Shown piece after piece: positions 1-9,324 of a DNA stretch of 64,000 bases (positions are counted from its first letter, which is position 1; each line of letters starts with the position of its first letter). The position numbers were made by a program, and so were the translations under genes. The notes under the pieces were generated by a model. It saw nothing but the letters and a program-made list of their open reading frames with translations, was not told the origin of the DNA and made no database searches. The stretch comes from Deltaproteobacteria bacterium (GTDB lineage: Bacteria > Myxococcota_A > UBA9160 > UBA4427). Where the stretch lies: positions 6,167 to 70,166 of the forward strand of contig JAJDAO010000002.1 in assembly GCA_029261835.1 (NCBI GenBank), given 5' to 3'.

Positions 1-750
1 ATTGTATTGGACGTAGGGCGTGAGCCCGAGACGATCCGATTGAAACGAGTCGAAATCGAGATGGTCGTAGGGAACCAGGAACCCCACGGAGAAGTCCGAG
101 ATGTCCCAGGCAAAGCCCATGCTGAGCGCAGCGATATTGCCGGAATCGGAGTCGGTGAAGTTGCCCTGACTCCCGTCCATTGAGGCCCGCTCATACGACA
201 AGTTGCTGATCCACGAGCGAAGGTTGACCGCGCCGCCCCCTGCCCTGCGCCTCTCCTCTGCCGCCGCCCTGCTCTCGGCAGAGGGACTCACAACATCAGT
301 GAAGATGCGGGAAGCCAGAGCATTGGGACCATAGATCGGAGAACCCGGCACAAAGACCGCGGCGGCGATGCTGATGCCTAGTGCCTGGTAGAAAAGGACC
401 ACGTCGCCGCGGCCGGAGAATGCCACCTTGAGCAGCGCCTCGAAGCGGTCCTGCGCCGGCAGCGCACGGATATCGGCGAGCACAGTCCGCAGATACTGCG
501 CCTGGTCGACCGTGACAGTGGCGTTGTCTCCAGCGTCCAGGTCGAAGCGGATCGCATGGCCGTTGATTGTTCCTTGGATCGATCTGACGGCGGATTTGTC
601 CGGGATGTTCGGATCCGTGTCGAACCGATCGATGAGATCGTCTCGCGTTACGATGCCGACGTAGTTCACTGTCACCTGGGCCAATACTCCGCTGCTGCTC
701 AGGAGTACGAACAGTCCGCCCAGGATCAGTCGCGACAGGATTCGCCTCAC
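1..750 (-). CDS. Secreted protein with probable outer-membrane beta-barrel C-terminus (partial, runs off left edge)
   Basis: Manual translation from GTG at 750: MRRILSRLILGGLFVLLSSSGVLAQ (signal peptide) ... GFAWDISDFSVGFLVPYDHLDF...LGLTPYVQYN, amphipathic beta strands; no stop before base 1. Confidence 0.6.
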   Translation of the reverse strand, partial: MRRILSRLILGGLFVLLSSSGVLAQVTVNYVGIVTRDDLIDRFDTDPNIPDKSAVRSIQGTINGHAIRFDLDAGDNATVTVDQAQYLRTVLADIRALPAQDRFEALLKVAFSGRGDVVLFYQALGISIAAAVFVPGSPIYGPNALASRIFTDVVSPSAESRAAAEERRRAGGGAVNLRSWISNLSYERASMDGSQGNFTDSDSGNIAALSMGFAWDISDFSVGFLVPYDHLDFDSFQSDRLGLTPYVQYN

Positions 751-818
751 ACCTTCACTCCTCATTCCCCCGCCTTCTTTCGTCTCGCCGCTGTCCCTTC
801 CCGCCTCTCCCGATCGCA

Positions 819-1577
819 CTACCAGCCTGCTTTGTCAAAGCGCCCCAAGGCCTCTACGAGAGCAACCTGGATGGCCCGGGCCGTGGCCTTCCCCACTGCG
901 CTCTGGTCGAACTGCTGCTCCTTGCCAAACAGCGACATATCGACATTGTGAATGTACTGCCCTTCGGGCATCAGTGGGTCCGTCGAGCCTGGAATGTACT
1001 CGCCCGTCCTTGCATTGTTGACCCGGACCTGTACGCCTACGCTTGTCACACACGACTTGTGTCGTGTCGTGCCGATCAATCTCTCGCTGGGAGAGCAGGC
1101 CACGAAGTCGAAGAGCTCCGCGTACACGAGGAACTCCGGCGCCTCGAGCTCAGGCAGATCGCCCACGGGATCACCGACCAGGATCCCTCCCTCCTTGAGC
1201 TCCCACTGCTCGACCAGGCGTCTCAAGATCTCGGCTTTCTCTTCCAGCAGCTTGAAGCGTCCGGAATCGAAGAGTGACTCCACGAGAAGCTTGCTCATAC
1301 CGAAGCCGACGCGCTTGTCCGCGAGCTCGGGATAGTGCTCGAGATCTGACTTCCGAACGCTGATCTCCACAACCTGGACCCTGCGCTGCGGACCCTCGTA
1401 GGGTGCGAATGAGGGCGGAGGAGGGGAGGAGACCGCTGCGATCACGGGCCCTTCGCTCGAGGCACAGCCCAGCAGGCACAGGCCTGCGAGCAAGAGCCCG
1501 AGGATACAGGCGCGTGACGCCATGTGCTGTGCGTTGATTGCCGTTTCCGTAGTCATTGTAGCCTCCGATCCGTTCAC
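819..1577 (-). CDS. CsgG/HfaB-family lipoprotein
   Basis: Lipobox LLGC; 'GFGMSKLLVESLFDSGRFKLLE' and 'VQVRVNNARTGE' typical of CsgG-like folds. Confidence 0.7.
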   Translation of the reverse strand: MNGSEATMTTETAINAQHMASRACILGLLLAGLCLLGCASSEGPVIAAVSSPPPPSFAPYEGPQRRVQVVEISVRKSDLEHYPELADKRVGFGMSKLLVESLFDSGRFKLLEEKAEILRRLVEQWELKEGGILVGDPVGDLPELEAPEFLVYAELFDFVACSPSERLIGTTRHKSCVTSVGVQVRVNNARTGEYIPGSTDPLMPEGQYIHNVDMSLFGKEQQFDQSAVGKATARAIQVALVEALGRFDKAGW

Positions 1578-1588
1578 GTCTCGCTCTT

Positions 1589-2320
1589 CTACTCGCTGAA
1601 GGTGAGTTCCCCAACGAGTTCTGTCACCGCCCGGGAGAGCGCCTTCTTCGTGGCCTGGCCGGCGGCATTGGTCTGAAAGTCCACCAGAGTGCCGGCGAAC
1701 TCATATATGGCACCTTGCCCCCCCGCCTCGGCCTCTCCCCGACCAGCTCGGCAGAAGGGAATTCGAATCTCGGCCCCATACAGGCATGCCGTGACATCGA
1801 TCTTGAGGGTCTGTTGAACCTTGTTGAATACTCCAATATTCATGCTCTGCCGTGAAACGCGTGAGTACGACAACACGGCGTAGGACAGAAGACCGACGTC
1901 GAGTTCCGTGAGGACACGATCAAGGTCATCCATCGTGTAATCCTCACGTGCTCCCACCCAATAGCTCTCGACGAGATCCTTCACGACCTCCGTCTTCCCC
2001 GCAGCTTTGCCCTCGAGCAAGCGAAAGTGTCCCGAGTCATAGAGCTCCTCGGCGAGAAGCTGATTGAGCCCGAAGCCCACCTTGGCATCCCCGAGATCAC
2101 CCCCGGCGTCACCGCTGGTTCGCACTCCGATCACCGCGACACTCTGACCCGTCTGCAGCGAGGCGGGCGGGGGAGCAGAGACATCTGGACCATTCGCGGC
2201 CGCGCAGGCAATCCCGGTTGCCAGAGCGCAGAGGGTCGCCAAGAGCGAGAGAGGCCTCGTTTGGCCCTTCCTTGGATTGATGGCCGTCGTATCTGAGGTC
2301 TGCATTGTTCCGGATGTCAC
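1589..2320 (-). CDS. CsgG-like lipoprotein (paralog of 819-1577)
   Basis: Lipobox GIAC; 'GFGLNQLLAEELYDSGHFRLLE' and 'AAGQATKKAL' parallel the neighbouring gene. Confidence 0.65.
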   Translation of the reverse strand: MTSGTMQTSDTTAINPRKGQTRPLSLLATLCALATGIACAAANGPDVSAPPPASLQTGQSVAVIGVRTSGDAGGDLGDAKVGFGLNQLLAEELYDSGHFRLLEGKAAGKTEVVKDLVESYWVGAREDYTMDDLDRVLTELDVGLLSYAVLSYSRVSRQSMNIGVFNKVQQTLKIDVTACLYGAEIRIPFCRAGRGEAEAGGQGAIYEFAGTLVDFQTNAAGQATKKALSRAVTELVGELTFSE

Positions 2321-3996
2321 TACTGATTCCTGGGAAGGAAGACGAAGTCCCCCTGCTCCATTGTGAGTCGTCCAAATACCGGGTTCTGCACATTTTCCGC
2401 CTTCTCGGCCATCTCGACTGAGACATACTGGGCTAGCTCACTTGCGAAGACCAAGCCGTCCGAGTTGGCGTCTGCAGCGCCTTCCAGCCCCTTCAGCAGG
2501 GCCCCGGTGAAGAGGCCGTGTCCACCGGTCTCGGCCACCAGCTCGCCTTCGCTTCCAGCGGTCAGTACCTGGCGGGCCTTCAGAGTAGTCTCCATCGGAG
2601 CGGCAGCCTTCTTCTCGTTCTCGGCGGTGTCGCGCGCTACGATGCGGGTACCGCGGAACCGCAGGAGCATCCCCGAGAAGCAGGAGTCCATGACGTAGAA
2701 GATGTGCTTGGCTCTGATCTGCTCGGAGTACTCCCTCAGTGTTCGCATGGAGACCGCCGTCGAATAGTAGTCTCCCATGCGACCGTCGGATGGAATCAAG
2801 TACCCGATCTCCTCGCCGTTTCGCGTATCCTCCGTCTGTCCGTGACCAGCGAAGAAGATGACGACCTGGTCGTTCTCTCTCGCTCTCGCCGCCAGGTCCT
2901 CTCCGAGCGCACGCAGGATGTTCTCCCTCGTGGCGTCGCCGTCGAGCAGGAGCGTGACGTCGTCGAAGCCGCGCTGCCGCAGCAGACGCTCAATGGCCGT
3001 GGCGTCGCTGACCGCGTAGCTGAGCTTCGGCCAGTGCTGGTAGTCGTTGATGCCGATCACGACGGCGCGGCTCTTCGAGTAGCCGGCCCGATACCCACGA
3101 AGTTTTACGTCCGAGCTGCCTACCGGCGGTCTGGCGGAGACCGAGGGCGTACCACTCAGGCCCGAGGGAAGCGCTCGATTGCGCAGATAGATGGCCTTCC
3201 CCTCGCGGGCAATGACTTCGTAGCGCACCTCTCCGATGGCCGATTGATCGCTGAAGATCCGGCGCTTGAACTCGACGTCCCGGGGCTTCTTGACGCTGAC
3301 ATCGAGAGTCTGTGCCCCCTCCACGAAGCCCTTGTCCACGACGCCGACAACACCGGGTACGTCCTTGCCGAGCGCGCGACGAAAGGCGGAGGCCTGGTCG
3401 CCGTCCACATCGAAAAGGACGACCCGATAGTCGTTGGTGGTGCGCTGGCGATAGCGCTCGATCTCGGCGATGAGCTTGGCGGAGAGCTTTGCTGCCGCCT
3501 CATCACTGGCCTTGAGAGCACTGGCACTCTTTGCTCCATCCGACTCGGCCGCCAGGACCTCTCCGGTGCGGGCGAGGATTACCTTGCCACCCAACTGGAG
3601 CTCGTGGATTACCATTGTTCGGCCACCCAGGGTGTCGAAGGTCCTCTCTCTCTCCTTCGCCTTGACGCTTCCGCTGACCACGACATCGACACCCAGACGC
3701 AGACCCAGATGCTTGGCAGCCTCGATATCGTAGAGATCGATCAGCCCCTTTTCCTGCGCGATGATCCCCCGCACGGCATTGCGGTCGTAGACCTGATAGC
3801 CCTGCTCCTCGAAGGCACGGATCAGCGCGTTCTCCGCGGCACCTGTCTCGGTCTCGCCCACTGAATCGTAGAGCAGCGCCATACTGAGCGTCTCTTCAGC
3901 AGCAGCGTGAGCTATTGAAGCACTCGATTGAATCAAGAGAGCGATCGCCACACAAGCAGCCACTCGCTGCAGTCGGGATCTCGTTGTGCTGGTCAT
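2320..3996 (-). CDS. Secreted caspase-family protease (peptidase C14) with N-terminal CsgG-like domain
   Basis: Signal peptide; AVVIGINDY, FAGHG (His) and MDSCFSG (Cys) dyad motifs, HGLFT, QNP. Confidence 0.85.
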   Translation of the reverse strand: MTSTTRSRLQRVAACVAIALLIQSSASIAHAAAEETLSMALLYDSVGETETGAAENALIRAFEEQGYQVYDRNAVRGIIAQEKGLIDLYDIEAAKHLGLRLGVDVVVSGSVKAKERERTFDTLGGRTMVIHELQLGGKVILARTGEVLAAESDGAKSASALKASDEAAAKLSAKLIAEIERYRQRTTNDYRVVLFDVDGDQASAFRRALGKDVPGVVGVVDKGFVEGAQTLDVSVKKPRDVEFKRRIFSDQSAIGEVRYEVIAREGKAIYLRNRALPSGLSGTPSVSARPPVGSSDVKLRGYRAGYSKSRAVVIGINDYQHWPKLSYAVSDATAIERLLRQRGFDDVTLLLDGDATRENILRALGEDLAARARENDQVVIFFAGHGQTEDTRNGEEIGYLIPSDGRMGDYYSTAVSMRTLREYSEQIRAKHIFYVMDSCFSGMLLRFRGTRIVARDTAENEKKAAAPMETTLKARQVLTAGSEGELVAETGGHGLFTGALLKGLEGAADANSDGLVFASELAQYVSVEMAEKAENVQNPVFGRLTMEQGDFVFLPRNQ

Positions 3997-4524
3997 GTTC
4001 TTGGCCTCCCCGTCCTCTTGCCCAGCATTGCTCTACTGGGGGTGCTGGACGAACAGCCACGGTCTTCTGGCCGAGAAGACACGCGGCCGGCGCTCTGGCG
4101 GCCGCGCCGTCTCCCGATCCTCCGCTCTGAAGAGCTTGGCTGTGTTGGATACAGGTTCGTGGCTCCCTCTTGGTTGGCGGTCGACGGTTCCCGTGGCGCG
4201 GTCGAGACACAGCAAGAGTATCAGTTCTAGAGCAGCCACAGGCCGGTTTCCATGCGCCACACCCTTCACGGGCCGATGCACAGCCCGATCGGCAGTGCCC
4301 GACACGCTCGTTGCGCCGCGACAAGGGGTAAGTGCCACGGTCGCCCCAGGAGGTGGCGCGCAATCCGACACGTGGTTCGCCGCGCCCGTCCACAGCAAAC
4401 CTCGAGCAGCTCGACTCTCGCGCGTGCTGGTCAAGGTGTGAGATGACAGATCCAGCCGGACACCCTGTCATGATCGTGACGCACGATGCCGGATGGGCGG
4501 GCCGCAAGCAAAGCGAAATCGCGC

Positions 4525-4547
4525 CTACCCCCCGATCTCGTACATCT
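4525..4547. repeat. Left att site (displaced original moaA 3' end, MYEIGG*)
   Basis: CTACCCCCCGATCTCGTACATCT matches 57676-57698 at 21/23; exact core 4535-4547. Confidence 0.9.
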
Positions 4548-4567
4548 TCGCACTATTCAAGGACAAC

Positions 4568-4592
4568 GGGCACTTACGACCGTTTGGTGCCC
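4568..4592. repeat. Putative integrase arm-type sites
   Basis: GGGCACTTACG (4568-4578) and inverted GGGCACCAAA (4583-4592) resemble the GGCACCAAGAA/GGCACCTACG repeats at 57610-57642. Confidence 0.6.
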
Positions 4593-4664
4593 GCAGCTGG
4601 CCCGTCTGGATGTGCCGTGCGGAGCATCCTCCCCACCGCCACGGGACGGAGGAGACGAGAGCCG

Positions 4665-6395
4665 ATGACCACGAGACGAACCGTGCTCGGCGAGACCGCC
4701 GGCGGCAAGCGCGTCTACCTGGACCTTGAGCACCTGGTGGGGTCGCGCATGTTGCTGCAGGCGAACAGCGGAGGCGGGAAGAGCTGGGCGCTGCGCCGGC
4801 TGCTCGAGCGCACGCACGGCCAGATTCAGCAGCTCGTGATCGATCCGGAGGGCGAGTTCTACACCCTGCGCGAGCGATACGACTACGTGCTGGCCGGCCG
4901 TGGGGGCGACTGCCCCGCCGAGCCCCGCTCGGCCCATCTACTGGCACGCCGGCTGCTCGAGCTGGGGACCTCGGCCGTCATCGACATCTACGAACTCAAG
5001 GCACACCAGCGCGTGGTCTTCGTGCGGCGCTTTCTCGAGGCCCTGGTCGACGCCCCGCGCAAGCTCTGGCACCCCGCCCTGGTGGTGGTGGACGAGGCTC
5101 ACGTCTTCGCGCCACAGAAGGGCAACGCTGAGAGCGCGGCGGCGGTGATCGATCTCATGAGCCGCGGGAGGAAGCGAGGCTTCTGCGGGATCCTCGCGAC
5201 CCAGCGCATCTCGAAGCTCCACAAAGACGCGGCCGCAGAGGCGAACAACTACCTGATCGGCCGGGCCGCGCTCGACGTCGACATGAAGCGGGCCGCCGAC
5301 GAGCTGGGATTCTCCGGGCGCGACGAGCAGCATAGGCTGCGCCGGCTGAGGCCGGGCGAGTTCTTCGCGTTCGGGCCGGCGCTCGCGGATGAGGTGACGC
5401 AGATCAAGATCGGCGGCGTGGCGACATCGCACCCCAAGGCCGGCGCGCAGGCGGCGCCCCCTGCCCCGCCGCGAGCGAAGGTCAAGGCGGTGCTGTCGCA
5501 GCTCGCTGATCTGCCGGCAGAGGTCGAGAAGCAGGCGCGCACGATGGAGACGCTGCAGCACGATCTCCGGGAGGCCCGCACGGAGATCCGGCGGCTGAAG
5601 TCGCAGAGCGGAGCGCCGAGCCCCGAGGATCTCGAGCGCGCTCGTCAGGAGGGATTCGTGGAGGGGCAGCGCCAGGTGGCCAAGGTCGCCCGGCAGCACC
5701 AGGACTGCACCGAGGCAGCGGTCGGCGCTCTCGATCGCGCACTGGTGGACGTGGAGAAGGCGCGCGACGCGATCACGCAGCCGCTCGATATCAATGTGGC
5801 CGAGCTACCGCCGCCGGCGGCGCGGCAACTCCAGCGGCCACCGCCGGCGCCAACGGCTCGACCTGCCAGCCAGCCCAGCCCAAAGTGTGAGCTGATAGAG
5901 GGCGTCAGCCGGCCAAGGCAGCGGATCCTCGACGCCCTCGCATGGCTCGAAGCCGCCGGCATCAAGAACCCGCTACGCGCGGTCGTGGCATTCCTTGCCG
6001 ACCAGAGCCCGCGCAGCTCGGGCTACGCGAACAACCTTGGAGCGCTGCGCGCGCAGGGGCTGCTCGACTACCCGGCCGGCGGGCGCCTTGCGATCACCGA
6101 CGATGGGCACGCCATCGCGCAGGCACCCGCTCACGCACCCACGGCCGAGGATCTCCAGGCCAACGTGCTCTCGCACCTCTCGGCACCGCAGCAGCGGATC
6201 CTCCGCGCGCTGATCGACGCCTACCCGGAGAGCCTCACGCGCGACGAGCTCGCCGGCCGGGCCGAGCAGTCGCCGACGTCGAGCGGGTACGCGAACAACC
6301 TCGGCTCGCTTCGGAACTCGTGGGAGCTGGTGGACTACTCCCCGCCCGGCTGCGTCGTGGCTCGGCCGGTGCTGTTTCTTGGGGAGGAGAGCTGA
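4665..6395 (+). CDS. HerA/DUF87-like ATPase with coiled coil and two C-terminal winged-helix repeats
   Basis: Walker A ANSGGGKS, IDPEGE, Walker B VVVDEAH, GRKRG, ATQR; duplicated QSPxSSGYANNLGxLR; start set at ATG 4665 after GGAGGAG. Confidence 0.8.
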   Translation: MTTRRTVLGETAGGKRVYLDLEHLVGSRMLLQANSGGGKSWALRRLLERTHGQIQQLVIDPEGEFYTLRERYDYVLAGRGGDCPAEPRSAHLLARRLLELGTSAVIDIYELKAHQRVVFVRRFLEALVDAPRKLWHPALVVVDEAHVFAPQKGNAESAAAVIDLMSRGRKRGFCGILATQRISKLHKDAAAEANNYLIGRAALDVDMKRAADELGFSGRDEQHRLRRLRPGEFFAFGPALADEVTQIKIGGVATSHPKAGAQAAPPAPPRAKVKAVLSQLADLPAEVEKQARTMETLQHDLREARTEIRRLKSQSGAPSPEDLERARQEGFVEGQRQVAKVARQHQDCTEAAVGALDRALVDVEKARDAITQPLDINVAELPPPAARQLQRPPPAPTARPASQPSPKCELIEGVSRPRQRILDALAWLEAAGIKNPLRAVVAFLADQSPRSSGYANNLGALRAQGLLDYPAGGRLAITDDGHAIAQAPAHAPTAEDLQANVLSHLSAPQQRILRALIDAYPESLTRDELAGRAEQSPTSSGYANNLGSLRNSWELVDYSPPGCVVARPVLFLGEES

Positions 6396-6566
6396 TCGCG
6401 GGGCAGCTCGAGAAGTGGTGAGGGAGAACGCTACGGGCTGAAGAGGCAGGGATCCGCGACGGAAGTTACCGCCCCAGCCTATCAGCTGGGCTACGATCTT
6501 CGACGCTGAACAACCCTTCGGCGCTTGCCGCATAGGGACTGTGACACGAACGAGGAGTGAAGGGAC

Positions 6567-7472
6567 TTGTCTCGAGGGAACAACTCCTGCGGCGCGACGC
6601 CTCCGCAATCTGACGTGCAAGAGAACCGGAATGAGCTGCTCGATCGGGCTCGGCGGATCGGATCCGCGACGCCGAGGCCCTTTCTTCGATGGGCCGGCTC
6701 GAAGAGGGCGCATCTTCACCACCTGGTTGATCTAATCCCGAGTCGTTACGGCCGCTATTTCGAGCCCTTTCTTGGGTCCGGTGCGCTCTTCTTCCTGCTC
6801 GAGCCTACCAGGGCATCGCTTGGCGATGCGTGCTCCGAGCTGACTGCCACGTACGAAGCACTTAGTCAGAACCCAGGGCTCGTGATTCGGCACCTGCGAG
6901 GTCTTCGCGTGAACAAGGAGACATACTATGCGGTTCGTGGGAATCGAAGCCGCGGACCTTACAAGCGTGCAGCCGAGTTCATCTATCTCAACAAGGCCTG
7001 CTGGAACGGTCTGTACAGGGTCAACGCGTCAGGTGAATTCAACGTTCCGTACGGTCGGCCGAAGAAGAATCAATCAGAGGACTATCCGAATCTCCGAGAG
7101 TGTGCGTCAAAGCTCGCACGAAGGGCAGTGACGATCGCGAACGCGGATTTCGAACACGTGCTGGAATCCGCGACCGAAGGAGATTTCGTCTTTCTCGACC
7201 CTCCCTATGTCACCCGCCACAACAACAACGGCTTCATTGACTACAACGAGAGGCTTTTCTCTTGGGCCGACCAGAGGCGGCTGGCAGCCACTGCACAGCG
7301 TCTCCGCAACAATGGTGTTCACGTCTTAGCCACGAATGCAGCGCACAAAGATGTGCTCAAGCTGTACCGCAACTTCGACAAGTATCCGTTCGATCGCCGC
7401 TCCACGTTGGCAGCCGACACTCGCAAGCGCGGGATGGTTCGCGAGATGATCTTCTCTTCTCGCCCACGATAG
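6567..7472 (+). CDS. Dam-family (D12 class) DNA N6-adenine methyltransferase
   Basis: FLRWAGSK, EPFLGSGA, NKACWNGLYRVN-GEFNVPYG, DPPY. Confidence 0.92.
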   Translation: MSRGNNSCGATPPQSDVQENRNELLDRARRIGSATPRPFLRWAGSKRAHLHHLVDLIPSRYGRYFEPFLGSGALFFLLEPTRASLGDACSELTATYEALSQNPGLVIRHLRGLRVNKETYYAVRGNRSRGPYKRAAEFIYLNKACWNGLYRVNASGEFNVPYGRPKKNQSEDYPNLRECASKLARRAVTIANADFEHVLESATEGDFVFLDPPYVTRHNNNGFIDYNERLFSWADQRRLAATAQRLRNNGVHVLATNAAHKDVLKLYRNFDKYPFDRRSTLAADTRKRGMVREMIFSSRPR

Positions 7473-7483
7473 GGATCGCCCAA

Positions 7484-8425
7484 ATGGCAGAACGAGTTCG
7501 CCTCGTCAATCCAAGACACCTCAAGCCCAACAAAGACAATCCACGCCTGATCTTTCGGGAGAAAGAGATCAGCGAGCTAGAAGCGAGCATCGCCAAACAG
7601 GGGATCCTCGTACCGCTCACTGTATACGAAGATCGAACTGGCTTCCGAATTCTCGACGGCGAACGAAGGTGGCGCTGCGCCAAACGACTGAAGCTTACGG
7701 GCGTCCCCGTGATCATTCAGCCGAAGCCTGCCCCGCTCGAGAATCTCATGATGATGTTTGCAATTCATCACACGCGGCGCGACTGGGACCCGCTACCTAC
7801 TGCTTATAGCCTCCAGAAGCTCTCTGCCGAATTCGAGAAACAGCATGGCTCCGCTCCGCCGGAGTCGGAACTCGCCCAGTTGGCATCGATGACTCGCGGT
7901 GAAGTCCGGAGGCTCCGATCTCTGCTCTCTCTGCCGGACGCCGAACGGGCCGATCTTATGCGCGAGCTGGATAAGCCTAGAGAGCAGCGAACTCTCACGG
8001 CCGACCAGGTACTTGAGGCGAGCAAAGCAGCAGTGCAGCTGCACAAGAGAGACATCGTGAATCAGCGTGACGCTGATCGGCTCAGGCGCGCCGTGGTCCG
8101 GAAGTTTCGGAATAAGATAATCAAGAACACAGTCGATCCCCGAAAGCTGGCACGCCTAGCTCGCGCGGTTGAGCGCGAGGAAGTGAGCATGTCGCTTGCC
8201 CGGAAAGTCACGGGCAAGCTAATCACTCAGCCTGACTATTCCATAGACGATGCTTTCTCGGACTCCGTCGAACAACATGACTATCTCCACGCAAGTACGC
8301 AGCTAACCGCGCGACTGACTGCGCGACTGAGGGAGCAGAGCGAAAGAGAGTACGAGGTATCCGGCGAACTAGCCGAGGAACTCAAACAACTGGTGGTCTT
8401 GATCAAGCGTGTTCTTCGGAACTGA
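7484..8425 (+). CDS. ParB/Srx N-terminal domain protein
   Basis: NPRLIF, SIAKQGILVPLTV, ILDGERRWR (ParB nucleotide-binding motif), following HTH-like ELAQLASMTRGEVRR. Confidence 0.8.
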   Translation: MAERVRLVNPRHLKPNKDNPRLIFREKEISELEASIAKQGILVPLTVYEDRTGFRILDGERRWRCAKRLKLTGVPVIIQPKPAPLENLMMMFAIHHTRRDWDPLPTAYSLQKLSAEFEKQHGSAPPESELAQLASMTRGEVRRLRSLLSLPDAERADLMRELDKPREQRTLTADQVLEASKAAVQLHKRDIVNQRDADRLRRAVVRKFRNKIIKNTVDPRKLARLARAVEREEVSMSLARKVTGKLITQPDYSIDDAFSDSVEQHDYLHASTQLTARLTARLREQSEREYEVSGELAEELKQLVVLIKRVLRN

Positions 8426-8428
8426 ACG

Positions 8429-9280
8429 TTGGCCAAGTTTTCACTGACGCCCGATAAACTGGTGCCTGCCGCAAAGCGGCTGTCCGCCGACCTGCGGGAG
8501 CGCGGATATAGAGTCATCGTGGAGCCCGAGGTCGACGCCTATCCGACCGTTCCGACGATGCACGCGAAACGAACAGGAACTACCGTTGTTGTTGTCGTAG
8601 TGTCGCGGATCTTCGATCGAGCGATCCAGGACTGGGTCAACTATGCGTGCTCGTGCGCGAGCGACGTTCGTGTAGCAATTGGTCTCAATGCTCCAGAGGG
8701 ACTTGCTGCAGCCAAGCAAACGGAGATGTCGGATCTCGGGGTCGGCGTGTACTGGATTCGCGACGAGAGGGTGGATGAACTTGTCGCTGCTCGCGACGTG
8801 GGGCTCAATCTCGAACTGCCATCCCGAAATACGCTCCCACCTGCCTTACGCCGAATTCTCTCCGACGTGTACGACGAGTACGAGCGCGGCGATTGGGAGG
8901 ATTGCTTTGAAGCAGCGGCCCTTGCGTTGGAGACCACGGTCCGAACTTACCTGAAAGACGGCCTGAGGCGGGGACGTATAACACTGATTCGGGGCAAGAG
9001 AACCGGCCCGTGGTCACCCTCGGCGACCGCCATCAACAGGATGACACTCGGCGATCTCAGGACGAACTTGGGCTATATCCAGAATCAGAACGCGGTCGAT
9101 GCCCAAATTGGTCGGACCATTGCAAGAATCAACAAGGATCGTATCGGTGTGGTGCACCACCGGAGGAAGCACTCAACGAGGACAAGGCTGCGAAGGAATA
9201 TTGGTGCCCATATATGGCTGGTCATCTCGACCTTGGCCAAGATGAAGGGGGTCGTCCTGAGCGTCGACCCTCACGAGTGA
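8429..9280 (+). CDS. Degenerate restriction-endonuclease-like N-domain fused to putative HEPN domain
   Basis: LRERGYRVIVE...GVGVY REase-like pattern lacking PD/ExK; C-terminal helical CFEAAALALETTVR ... RIGVVH (R-x4-H). Confidence 0.5.
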   Translation: MAKFSLTPDKLVPAAKRLSADLRERGYRVIVEPEVDAYPTVPTMHAKRTGTTVVVVVVSRIFDRAIQDWVNYACSCASDVRVAIGLNAPEGLAAAKQTEMSDLGVGVYWIRDERVDELVAARDVGLNLELPSRNTLPPALRRILSDVYDEYERGDWEDCFEAAALALETTVRTYLKDGLRRGRITLIRGKRTGPWSPSATAINRMTLGDLRTNLGYIQNQNAVDAQIGRTIARINKDRIGVVHHRRKHSTRTRLRRNIGAHIWLVISTLAKMKGVVLSVDPHE

Positions 9281-9324
9281 ACCCGCACTCGAAAACGTAG
9301 CACGCATCGCACCACGCGACGGTC

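Noticed and set aside
4332..4664. N-terminal 111 aa of the 687-aa ORF call
   Set aside because: It crosses the att junction into host DNA and is low-complexity; a good RBS and the domain start support ATG 4665
4525..4947. Minus-strand ORF ending in MYEIGG as a second moaA
   Set aside because: Only the last six codons match; it is the att duplication read in a shadow frame
7484..8425. Plasmid-prophage ParAB partition system
   Set aside because: No ParA/Soj gene is present, and the element is integrated with an intact integrase
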